A stretch of 22,136 bases of DNA. Source: Candidatus Hodarchaeum mangrovi (lineage in GTDB: Archaea; Asgardarchaeota; Heimdallarchaeia; Hodarchaeales; Hodarchaeaceae). A program made the translations under genes and the position numbers. Positions 8,003 to 16,371 of the stretch are shown here, piece by piece (position 1 is the first letter of the stretch; each line of letters starts with the position of its first letter). The stretch covers positions 1-22,136 of the forward strand of contig JAEOUE010000236.1 in assembly GCA_016839515.1 (NCBI GenBank). The letters are read 5' to 3'. The notes under the pieces are model-generated. The model searched no databases. It was not told where the DNA came from and saw only the letters and a list, made by a program, of their open reading frames with translations.

Positions 8003-9355
8003 CTATAAAGAGATTACTCTCTCTTTAAACCGAATATTTAATTCACTTAATTCCTTCAAAATAGGTTCATATATGGATTTTTTAACTGGAATTAAAATCC
8101 CACGATCAGTAATTTTATTTTCCAGAATCATCCGAACTCCAATAGCAGCTGGAAGACCGACGGTTCGGGACATTGAGCTTGGTCCATTAGATATACCGTA
8201 ATCAATCATTGTGGATGTTAATTGTTCTTTTTTACCATCAGTAAGCTGATATTTGAATTGATGAACCATGACAAGCATATCTCTTTCTCCAGGAGCATAT
8301 TGAAGATGAGCTTCAAATTGAGCACAGAGAGCATCGAGAGGAGAAATCTTTTTCTTAGGAAGAGGGGTATTACCAAGGAGACCCATCCATTCGAATCGAA
8401 AAATTATATTATCATCTTCCTTGAGTGAAAATTTCTTCATTAGATTATTTTTTGCATTTGAATCTATTGGTGCTCCTAAAAGTTTATTTGTCAGATTTTT
8501 ATATGTAAAACCATCTGGAAATTCTTCTTCTTCAAGTTTTAGATATCCTACATCTGCAATCTTTTTCATGGTTCGGCACCAACCAGGATTTCGCAAAGTT
8601 CCACGAATCATGGTCTGAGTTTCAGGAATTTGGTAAATAGCAATGTAAGGTTCCATCGAATTTCTATTTGGATATCCTTCTAACATCCCTAATTCTTTTT
8701 TATCTCCAGGACCTTTTTCATTGACAGGATAAGGTGAATAGTGATCGAAAAGTTCTTCACCTGAAATTTCTACTATTTTTCCATCTTTGAGATACTTAGC
8801 AGCATTTCTTCCTGCAAGAATGACTCCTCTTGGAGACCATGATAGTTTATAACCCCAAGGATTTGTATTAGCATCTGGAGCAGGTAATCCACCTGTATAG
8901 CTTGTAAAAGAGAGTACCTTTCCACTTCTTGCATGAATTGAATCAATTATTTTTTGTGCACTCATGTGATCTATTCCAGGATCAACACCAATTTCATTTA
9001 GTATTGTAATATTAGCTTCTTTTGTTTCTTGTTCTAGCTTCCTCATTTCAGGAGAGACATAACTTGTAGTGACCATATGTTTCTTGTAGCGAATACATTG
9101 CTTAGCAACTTCAACATGATATATATAGGGAAGAAGACTAACAGCAATATCACAATTTTTGACTAGAGTTTCTAATTTTTCTGGAGTTTTAGTAATATCA
9201 AACTCAATTGCAGTTCCTCTAGGATGGTTCTTAATTAATTTCTGGGCCTTACTTAACGTACGGCTCGCTACTATTACTTCATAATTATGGTCAAGTAGAT
9301 AATTAATATGAGGGCCTGCCACCATTCCTGCTCCTAAAATTAATATTTTTTTCAA
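8003..9355 (-). CDS. Saccharopine dehydrogenase (L-glutamate-forming; Lys9 / AASS SDH-domain homolog)
   Basis: ILILGAGMVA Rossmann motif, SLLPY..H, TTSYVS, NEIGVDPGIDHMSA, SYTGGLP, GYKLSWSPRG, EGYPNR, RGTLR, MSRTVG. The likely start is the TTG at 9355, preceded by a GGTGA SD at 9361-9365; the ORF track extends to 9412. Confidence 0.93.
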   Translation of the reverse strand: MKKILILGAGMVAGPHINYLLDHNYEVIVASRTLSKAQKLIKNHPRGTAIEFDITKTPEKLETLVKNCDIAVSLLPYIYHVEVAKQCIRYKKHMVTTSYVSPEMRKLEQETKEANITILNEIGVDPGIDHMSAQKIIDSIHARSGKVLSFTSYTGGLPAPDANTNPWGYKLSWSPRGVILAGRNAAKYLKDGKIVEISGEELFDHYSPYPVNEKGPGDKKELGMLEGYPNRNSMEPYIAIYQIPETQTMIRGTLRNPGWCRTMKKIADVGYLKLEEEEFPDGFTYKNLTNKLLGAPIDSNAKNNLMKKFSLKEDDNIIFRFEWMGLLGNTPLPKKKISPLDALCAQFEAHLQYAPGERDMLVMVHQFKYQLTDGKKEQLTSTMIDYGISNGPSSMSRTVGLPAAIGVRMILENKITDRGILIPVKKSIYEPILKELSELNIRFKERVISL

Positions 9356-9470
9356 TTTTATCACCAAAAATTCATTTTGTGTCAAATATGTTCTTTTATG
9401 GATAATTACCATTGATGTTTTGATTAATTAAAATTTACAAAGATAAATATTCTACTATTAATTGAATTTT

Positions 9471-10808
9471 TTATTTTTCAGAGGGAAGATACTTGTGTAA
9501 ATATTCGTATGAAGGAGTCAATTTCCCTTGATGAGCAATTATTGCACTTTTAATTACTGGAGGAAGGTTTAATTCTTCAAAAGTCTTTTTAAAATCTGCT
9601 TTCATTATATCAGGTATAAAAGGCATTAATGTTTTACTAAAATTGGCTGAGGATTCTTGTGGTAACTCACATGGTAAATTATCAATTGCCATTATTACTA
9701 TACCCTCACCTTCAACTCCTAATTTAACCTGAGAGGAAATAGGGTTATAAATGAATACAGGATTATCGGGTTCAGTGATTTGAACTGTTAGTTCAATAGC
9801 ACCTTCAAGATCACAAGAAATATCTCCAATTACTTGTAGGTTTACTTTTTTCTTTGATTGAAAAAGATCTTTGGCAAACTCCTTTGTTAATAATCGGGGG
9901 TATTTTTCAGACCAATAAATTGCATTTATTAAAATTGAAAGGTAGGAAATATATTGTTGGAAGTTACTCTCATATTTTTCTAAACCATAATTATAATAAT
10001 CTTGAAGATTAAAATTCCCACTTTTAGGTTTCACCATATGTTCTTCTTTAAATACGACTTTATACAAATGCTTTGAGGAAAATTCCTCTTTTTTAAGATG
10101 ATAAAAATCAGAAAGCTGGGTAGGATCAAGTTCAATGACAGGTAAAAAGTTTAGAATTGACTGTGCTCCTTTGGAAACATTGCCATAACCAGCGAAACCA
10201 ATAATCACTGGAACTAATTCTTGTGGTAAACCATTCAATTTTATTTCATTTCCTACCTTTTTAATGGCATTTCGAAGCTCTTCTAAATTTTCATATTCAT
10301 AAGTATGTTTCAAAGAAAGAAAAGGATTGTCAAGATTCATTTTTGCTTTAACTCTTCTTCCAAAAGCCCATAAAGTCTGGTTCATACCTGCCATTCCAGC
10401 ATAATTTCCGAAAAAAATCAATCGTAAACCTTTTTCGTCTATAATTTTCTCATAATCAATTAAAGTAGCATTAAGATCCAATAAACGTTTTAACATGGGC
10501 ATATTATGACGCTGTCCTTTTATAGTATGACTGAAAAAAAGATATATTTTTTCTGGCTCAATAACTTTAAGAGGTAATTCTTTTATTGCAAATATTACAT
10601 TTGCGTCGTTTAAATTTGATTTAACTTCTGCTCCGATTTCCTGATATGATTGATCAGAAAAAGTTCTGATTGGTGATGATTGAACAATAACAGAAAATTT
10701 ATGTCTATTAATTAATATTTTTACATCATCTGGGGTTAAAGGAGCTCTAGTTTCCCATTTATTCTTATTTTCTAATCGTATTCCAATCTTATTAGTCATA
10801 TTAACCAC
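9471..10808 (-). CDS. Lysine-ketoglutarate reductase (AASS LKR-domain homolog; AlaDh/PNT fold)
   Basis: WETRAPLTP, FFSHTIKGQ..NM, LIDYEKI, FGNYAGMAG, GYGNVSKGA, YWSEKYPRLLT, DISCD..GAIE, AIDNLPCELP match the N-terminal half of eukaryotic AASS. The start may be the ATG at 10799. Confidence 0.9.
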   Translation of the reverse strand: MVNMTNKIGIRLENKNKWETRAPLTPDDVKILINRHKFSVIVQSSPIRTFSDQSYQEIGAEVKSNLNDANVIFAIKELPLKVIEPEKIYLFFSHTIKGQRHNMPMLKRLLDLNATLIDYEKIIDEKGLRLIFFGNYAGMAGMNQTLWAFGRRVKAKMNLDNPFLSLKHTYEYENLEELRNAIKKVGNEIKLNGLPQELVPVIIGFAGYGNVSKGAQSILNFLPVIELDPTQLSDFYHLKKEEFSSKHLYKVVFKEEHMVKPKSGNFNLQDYYNYGLEKYESNFQQYISYLSILINAIYWSEKYPRLLTKEFAKDLFQSKKKVNLQVIGDISCDLEGAIELTVQITEPDNPVFIYNPISSQVKLGVEGEGIVIMAIDNLPCELPQESSANFSKTLMPFIPDIMKADFKKTFEELNLPPVIKSAIIAHQGKLTPSYEYLHKYLPSEK

Positions 10809-10994
10809 TGAATTATCATATATAGGTTAAGATTCATATAAATCCTGTTAAGATGATATATCTATTGAACCCTTAAGTCTTTCATTTATTAAAAAAGACT
10901 TTTCCTGCAATTTATGTAATTGCAAAAATACAACTCAGGAATCAATGGAAAAAAGTAATTTTTCAAAAACAATAAAATGATTATTAGAAAGCTA

Positions 10995-11510
10995 CTAATA
11001 ATCATCTTCTCGCGATTCAGTATTCTTCCTAGGATGACGTCGAAATTTTCTTCGTCTAGAAATTTTATGTTCTTGTTCTGATAGATCATTGTCCATATTA
11101 ACATTTTCAAGAGCAATGGACTCATTTGCATTTTCAAGGGTTCCCCATTTTCCTAAAGCAAGCCTCATATGATTCTGAAAAACATTGACATAACAGGATT
11201 TAGCTATATAGGTTTCTCCTTCAGATACTCTATCAATTGTTTCATCCCACAATGAACAAGTTATTATCCCTGTTTCATCCCCAATCTTTACATCTGCTAA
11301 AACGTGCTCCTCATTAGTTTTTTTGCTTAAAATAGTTCGAGGTTCCCCTTTATCTAAAACGACAAATTTAACTTGAATACGACGGGCAAAAGGAGTTAAT
11401 TCAGAGATAGTCAACTGAGTTATTTCTTCTTCAGATTCTTCCTTTTTTCCTACCTCTTGAGATTCTTCAAATTCATTCATTTTTATCACGTTATTGTTAT
11501 TTTCGGACAA
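10995..11510 (-). CDS. ssb: Single-OB-fold single-stranded DNA-binding protein (archaeal SSB/RPA-like)
   Basis: ISELTP..IQVKFVVLDKGEPR...ADVKIGDETGIITCSLWD...YVNVFQNHMRLALGKWG is a classic archaeal SSB OB fold. It has an acidic N-terminus and a basic-then-acidic C-tail. Confidence 0.88.
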   Translation of the reverse strand: MSENNNNVIKMNEFEESQEVGKKEESEEEITQLTISELTPFARRIQVKFVVLDKGEPRTILSKKTNEEHVLADVKIGDETGIITCSLWDETIDRVSEGETYIAKSCYVNVFQNHMRLALGKWGTLENANESIALENVNMDNDLSEQEHKISRRRKFRRHPRKNTESREDDY

Positions 11511-11737
11511 CGATGATCTAGTCCCTATTTAGGTATCACAAAAATACAGAAAAGTGAGATTATACCAGAAGTATGTTTCTCAAGCTGTTAGTTGTGAATA
11601 GATCGGTCTAGAATCAATTATCGTTCTTAAATCATCCGTTGAAAAGTCTAATAAATTTATTTTGTTTTAATTTTCCTCAAATAATCGTTACTTTATGACG
11701 TGAAACCTGAGAGAATTCAAAAAAAACAAAAAATCTC

Positions 11738-11746
11738 TTATATAAA
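11738..11746. promoter_or_regulatory. Candidate archaeal TATA box in the divergent ssb / methyltransferase intergenic region
   Basis: TTATATAAA lies 46 bp upstream of the MTase ATG and also reads as a TATA box on the minus strand. Confidence 0.4.
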
Positions 11747-11791
11747 GCATATTATTAAAGAATTAAGAATAGAAAATGATCGTGAAGAGGA

Positions 11792-12853
11792 ATGGAAAAA
11801 TCTGACACTTTTGATGGCCAAACAATTTATTATAAAAGCTCTGAAGACATGTCTGAAATAGAAAATAGTTCAATAGATACAATAATAACTTCACCCCCCT
11901 ATAACCGATCGAAACATTACTCCGATGATACTGGAACTGTCTATAATGATAATAAACCTGAGAAATTATACTTTTCTTTTCTATCGAGAGTATGGTCTGA
12001 ATGTTTTAGAGTTTTAAGTCCCAAAGGTGTATTTTTTCTTAATATTGGTGATTCAGCAAAGGATCAAGGAATAAGTGAGAAAGTTGTAAACCTAGCGGTA
12101 AAAGTTGGCTTTATTCGCTTGCAAAATATTATTTGGATAAAATCTTTACTAGGTAAAGGGCATTACACCCCAACAGGAGGTACTCGTCGTTTAAATAATT
12201 TATGGGAGAATATTTATGTTTTAATAAAAGATAAAAAGGAATATAACATTAATCCACTAAATATTGGAATTCCTTATGCTGATAAAACCAATATTGGACG
12301 CTATAGTAAGGAGGATTTAAGAGATGCAGGGAATATTTGGTTTATTCCCTACCAAAAAACTACTGGGGTATCTATTAAAAAAGGCCATGAAGCACCCTTC
12401 CCAATTGAACTCCCATATCGCTGCATTAAACTTACTGAAGCTAATATTATTCTTGATCCCTTCTTAGGAACAGGAAGTACTTTAGCAGCAGCTCGTTATC
12501 TTAATAAAAAGGGTATTGGATATGAAAAATATCCAAGGAAAGATATTATTCAGAATCGAATCTTAAAAGAGGAGTTTAGGCCAGAACCCCCAATTTTAAT
12601 ACCTCATATAGTTCTCACGGTTCAATTTCTTTTGAATGTTATCAAAGATTACCAACAACTAGTACCAATAAAGTTTTCTAAATTTCTATCTACAAAAAAG
12701 GAAGAAGAACAAATCAAAATCGTTAGAGAAGTTTTAAAAAATTTGACCCTTAGTTGGAGTCAGCTTGATGAATTTTTAAATCTTTCAAAAGAAAACAATA
12801 AGAAAATTTCACATGTTCCTCTTTCAGAATTGTTAAATGAAAAAAAAATTTAG
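11792..12853 (+). CDS. DNA methyltransferase, beta class N4-cytosine/N6-adenine (orphan), with C-terminal helical extension
   Basis: TSPPY (motif IV) precedes HEAPFP and LDPFLGTGST (motif I), the beta-class order. About 90 extra C-terminal residues follow. Confidence 0.9.
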   Translation: MEKSDTFDGQTIYYKSSEDMSEIENSSIDTIITSPPYNRSKHYSDDTGTVYNDNKPEKLYFSFLSRVWSECFRVLSPKGVFFLNIGDSAKDQGISEKVVNLAVKVGFIRLQNIIWIKSLLGKGHYTPTGGTRRLNNLWENIYVLIKDKKEYNINPLNIGIPYADKTNIGRYSKEDLRDAGNIWFIPYQKTTGVSIKKGHEAPFPIELPYRCIKLTEANIILDPFLGTGSTLAAARYLNKKGIGYEKYPRKDIIQNRILKEEFRPEPPILIPHIVLTVQFLLNVIKDYQQLVPIKFSKFLSTKKEEEQIKIVREVLKNLTLSWSQLDEFLNLSKENNKKISHVPLSELLNEKKI

Positions 12854-13036
12854 CAAAATAGGTAATTAATACATTCTTCGGAAAAGATTCTATTTATTTC
12901 GGATTCAAACGATGAGCAAAATGCAAATTGATTTATTAATTCAGATTTAATTAATTAGAAGTTAATGGAGTAGAGTAATTGGTAAGATGTAAGCTTTGAT
13001 GATTTGTATACAACAAAAAGTAAAATCCTCATTAAT

Positions 13037-14065
13037 CTAATTGAGTACTTTAATAACATCTTCAGGGAATTTCATCTGTAAATAAGATTTAATTTCTGCT
13101 TCATCTATTAATTCTACTCCAGATTCGAATGATATGTTTGATTCAGGCATTCTCATCCTAGTCCAGAGAACGAGATCCTTACCAATTTCTGAACTCCTTC
13201 GAATACTGTCAGTTTCATTAACAATTAATATCACAGAAAAGTCAGTATCCTCTACGCGAACTAATTTATAGTTTTCTGAGACTTCAATATCTCCTACCCT
13301 TTTCATAATTATTTCTTTAACACCTGCACCTAAGGAGGCCTGAGCAAAAGTATTCACTGCAGAGAACATACTTGTGAGCATAGAGGGATCATACGCCCCT
13401 TCAACAGATTCAAAAGCTGAACTGCCAACTAAAAGTCCAGATTCGGTTTGATAAATACATACATTGTAAATATTAATAGAAGGTAAGATAATCTCTCCCG
13501 TAAGGGTCTCAATTAACCAATCAAACGCTTGATAGAAATTCGCTCCAGTTTTAGCAGAGATATGAAAGATATTTACAGCTTTAAACCTACCCTTTTGCTG
13601 TATTTCGTATAGATCAAAATTTTTTAACAGTAAAACATAAGGATCTACCCCTGAAATATCTGCTTTGTTTGCAATTAGAAGAAGAACTCCATTTGGAGGG
13701 ATATGGGGTAAGGCACGATAAAGTGCTTCTCGCGATTCATGAAATTCATCAGGAGTAGAGCAATCAACAACAAATACAACCGCAGTTGATAATTTTAGGT
13801 AATCTTCCCATAAATCCTGAAAAGTTGTTTGTCCACCTAAATCAAATGCAGAAAATTTAATATTCCGATACTCAAAAGATTCGACGTTTAATCCCATGGT
13901 TCTTAAAGCATTTGGATAAAATTCCCCAGTTCGTAACCTTTGTAATATAGTTGTCTTTCCAGCTCGTGCTAGTCCAATAAAAGTGATAAGTTCCTGTCTA
14001 GTGACAGGTTTACTTGTTTTTTTTTGACTTGCATGACGACCAAAGAGACGCTTTAATATTGACAT
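13037..14065 (-). CDS. Arf-family small GTPase fused to a C-terminal longin/roadblock-like domain
   Basis: G1 GLARAGKTT, G2 RTMGLNVE, G3 DLGGQ, G4 NKAD, G5 SAK. N-terminal amphipathic MSILKRLFG. C-terminal VCIYQTESGLLV...DPSMLTSMFSAVNTFA longin pattern. Confidence 0.88.
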   Translation of the reverse strand: MSILKRLFGRHASQKKTSKPVTRQELITFIGLARAGKTTILQRLRTGEFYPNALRTMGLNVESFEYRNIKFSAFDLGGQTTFQDLWEDYLKLSTAVVFVVDCSTPDEFHESREALYRALPHIPPNGVLLLIANKADISGVDPYVLLLKNFDLYEIQQKGRFKAVNIFHISAKTGANFYQAFDWLIETLTGEIILPSINIYNVCIYQTESGLLVGSSAFESVEGAYDPSMLTSMFSAVNTFAQASLGAGVKEIIMKRVGDIEVSENYKLVRVEDTDFSVILIVNETDSIRRSSEIGKDLVLWTRMRMPESNISFESGVELIDEAEIKSYLQMKFPEDVIKVLN

Positions 14066-14340
14066 AGGAATTAATCTTCTATTATTGATTAATGGATGAA
14101 AAGAGGCTCTTTTGATTTATTTAAGCGAGTGATTTATGACTACCATTTTATAAGAATCTATCTAGTTAAAAACCTCGGTCAAATGATCTCAATTCAATGT
14201 CATAAAATACTCTTTGGAAGCGTATTGAAAAAAGTCACTTGAAAAAAAAATTATTAATTTAATGCAAAGCAGGTTACACCTGAAACTATACCTAATTTGG
14301 GGGTAAAAGGTTTCTTCTCAAGATTTAAAAGTGAAATTTC

Positions 14341-15132
14341 ATGTTAAAAATAGAAAATCTATCAGTAGAAGTTCGTAACGAACCTGGAAATATAATTTTA
14401 ACGAATCTAAATCTTAATATCCCTAATGGAGAAATCCATGTCTTGTTCGGGCCCAATGGTTCAGGTAAAAGTACTTTACTCCAAACAATAATGGGTTTTC
14501 CTCAATATAAGATTGTAGAGGGAAAAATTGAATTTAAGGGAGAGGATATAACTCATAAATCAATTACTGAAAGAGCTAAGCTTGGAATCGGTATTTCCAT
14601 GCAACGTCCACCTAATATCCCAGGATTAAAATTGCAGCGAGTAGCAGAATTTCTGGTTACCCAAAATAACGAAACAACAGCTGAAATTGGTCGAGTCGCG
14701 AAACAAATGGATTTAAGAAATTTTTTAAGTCGAGATTTGAATGTACACTTCTCGGGAGGGGAAATTAAACGGAGTGAATTACTTCAACTTCTACTTCAAA
14801 ATCCAACATTTATACTTCTTGATGAACCTGAATCTGGTGTTGATATTCAGGCAATGAGACTAATAGGTGAAATGACCAATGAATTACTTGGTACTTCTCC
14901 CCGGAAACATAATCAGCCATGGCCTAAAAATAAATCAGGATTAGTAATAACACATACTGGCCATATTTTGGACTATATTCATGTAGATAAAGGACACGTG
15001 ATGTGTCATGGTCATATTGGTTGCACTGGAGCCCCTTCTAGATTATTAAACGATATTAGAACTCTAGGGTATCCTGAATGTGTTCGATGCCATACTGATC
15101 CATTCAAAGATGTCAATATAACTACAATTTAG
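14341..15132 (+). CDS. sufC: Fe-S assembly ABC ATPase SufC/SmsC
   Basis: Walker A GPNGSGKST, signature FSGGEIKRSE, Walker B LLDEPESGVD, H-loop ITH, C-terminal CxxC (ECVRC). Directly upstream of a SufB/D-like gene. Confidence 0.92.
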   Translation: MLKIENLSVEVRNEPGNIILTNLNLNIPNGEIHVLFGPNGSGKSTLLQTIMGFPQYKIVEGKIEFKGEDITHKSITERAKLGIGISMQRPPNIPGLKLQRVAEFLVTQNNETTAEIGRVAKQMDLRNFLSRDLNVHFSGGEIKRSELLQLLLQNPTFILLDEPESGVDIQAMRLIGEMTNELLGTSPRKHNQPWPKNKSGLVITHTGHILDYIHVDKGHVMCHGHIGCTGAPSRLLNDIRTLGYPECVRCHTDPFKDVNITTI

Positions 15133-15144
15133 TGAGGATTTCTT

Positions 15145-16371
15145 ATGCCAGATACTCTTCATAAAGAATTACTTAAAGAGACAGCACAACAGATTAAAAA
15201 GAAAAAAGCTGTCTATGGTGAAGATATTAACATAATGGACTTTAAACTTCCATTAAAGAATCAACATGCTAAAATCAATACCCCTTCTGAACTGATAAAC
15301 ACCAAAGAAATAAATTTTTTAAGAAAATCAGGGTTTTCGGATAATGATTCTCGGACTTCAGGAAGCTATTTGCAGTATGATTTTGATACAATATGTCATA
15401 ATTCTCGGACTCCCGGTGTTGAGGTTTTACCCATCGATGAAGCTTGGGAAAAGCACGGAGACTGGCTTGGTGATTACTGGTGGAAAAATGTTGCAATTAA
15501 AACAGATAAATATACTGCAGAGGTCGAATTAAACTCAACACGAGGTTATTTTATTCATATAAAGGCTGGTACGAAAGTTATATATCCATTACAAAGTTGC
15601 TTATTTATCTCAAGAAACTTTGGATCTCAAAATGTCCATAATATTGTTATAGTTGAAGATAAAGCCGATATCCACATTATTACAGGATGTACAACCTCTG
15701 TAAAGGCAGGATTGCATATTGGGGTTTCTGAATTTTATGTCAAAGAACGTGCAAACCTAACATTTACAATGATCCATAATTGGGAGGAGGGGTTTTACGT
15801 TAGACCCCGATCGGTAACAACAGTAAAGGAAGGAGGAACTTTTACTAATAATTACATAGTTTTAGACCCTATAAAATCTCTTCAGCTCTTTCCTACAACC
15901 ATCCTTGACACAGATGCCTCAGCTAGGTATAACAGTATCCTATTTGGCCATCCAAACTCCCATCTTGATGTTGGAGGAAAAGTTATTCTACAGGGAAGTA
16001 GAGCTCGTGCAGAAGTAATGTCACGAGCGGTTTCTGCTGGAGGAACAATTATTGCGAGAGGTATATTGGAAGGAAAAGGCTCGAATATAAAAGCGCACCT
16101 ATCTTGTGATGGTTTGATTCTAAAGGAAAACGGACAAATACATGCAATTCCTGAACTTATTGCTAAACGCCCAGATGTAGAAATGTCACATGAAGCAAGT
16201 ATAGGAAAGATTGGAGAAGATCAATTGAATTATCTTCAAGCGAGAGGTATGACCGAAGAAGAAGCTACAGATATGATTGTTCGAGGTTTCTTATCAGTGG
16301 ATATCAAAGGTCTTCGTCCAGAAATTGCAGCTGAATTGGAGAAGGTTATAGATATGCCAAAAGGATTCTAA
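15145..16371 (+). CDS. sufB: Fe-S scaffold SufB/SufD-family protein (SmsB)
   Basis: PLQSCLF, QNVHNIV, ITGC, H.GVSEFYV, FTMIHNW, HLSCDGL, HAIPEL, SHEASIGKI, YLQARG..EEEA..MIVRGFL. Confidence 0.92.
   Translation: MPDTLHKELLKETAQQIKKKKAVYGEDINIMDFKLPLKNQHAKINTPSELINTKEINFLRKSGFSDNDSRTSGSYLQYDFDTICHNSRTPGVEVLPIDEAWEKHGDWLGDYWWKNVAIKTDKYTAEVELNSTRGYFIHIKAGTKVIYPLQSCLFISRNFGSQNVHNIVIVEDKADIHIITGCTTSVKAGLHIGVSEFYVKERANLTFTMIHNWEEGFYVRPRSVTTVKEGGTFTNNYIVLDPIKSLQLFPTTILDTDASARYNSILFGHPNSHLDVGGKVILQGSRARAEVMSRAVSAGGTIIARGILEGKGSNIKAHLSCDGLILKENGQIHAIPELIAKRPDVEMSHEASIGKIGEDQLNYLQARGMTEEEATDMIVRGFLSVDIKGLRPEIAAELEKVIDMPKGF

Noticed and set aside
9356-9473. Stop-codon readthrough or frameshift fusing LKR and SDH into one AASS
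   Set aside because: The two ORFs are in different frames, and SDH has its own GGTGA SD and TTG start.
12854-13036. Possible tRNA/ncRNA or CRISPR repeat in the convergent intergenic region
   Set aside because: AT-rich, with no cloverleaf, GC-rich stems or periodic repeats visible.
16368-16371. 4-bp overlap of the convergent 3' ends of sufB and the FGGY kinase as antisense regulation
   Set aside because: Such overlaps are common in compact archaeal genomes, and there is no further evidence.
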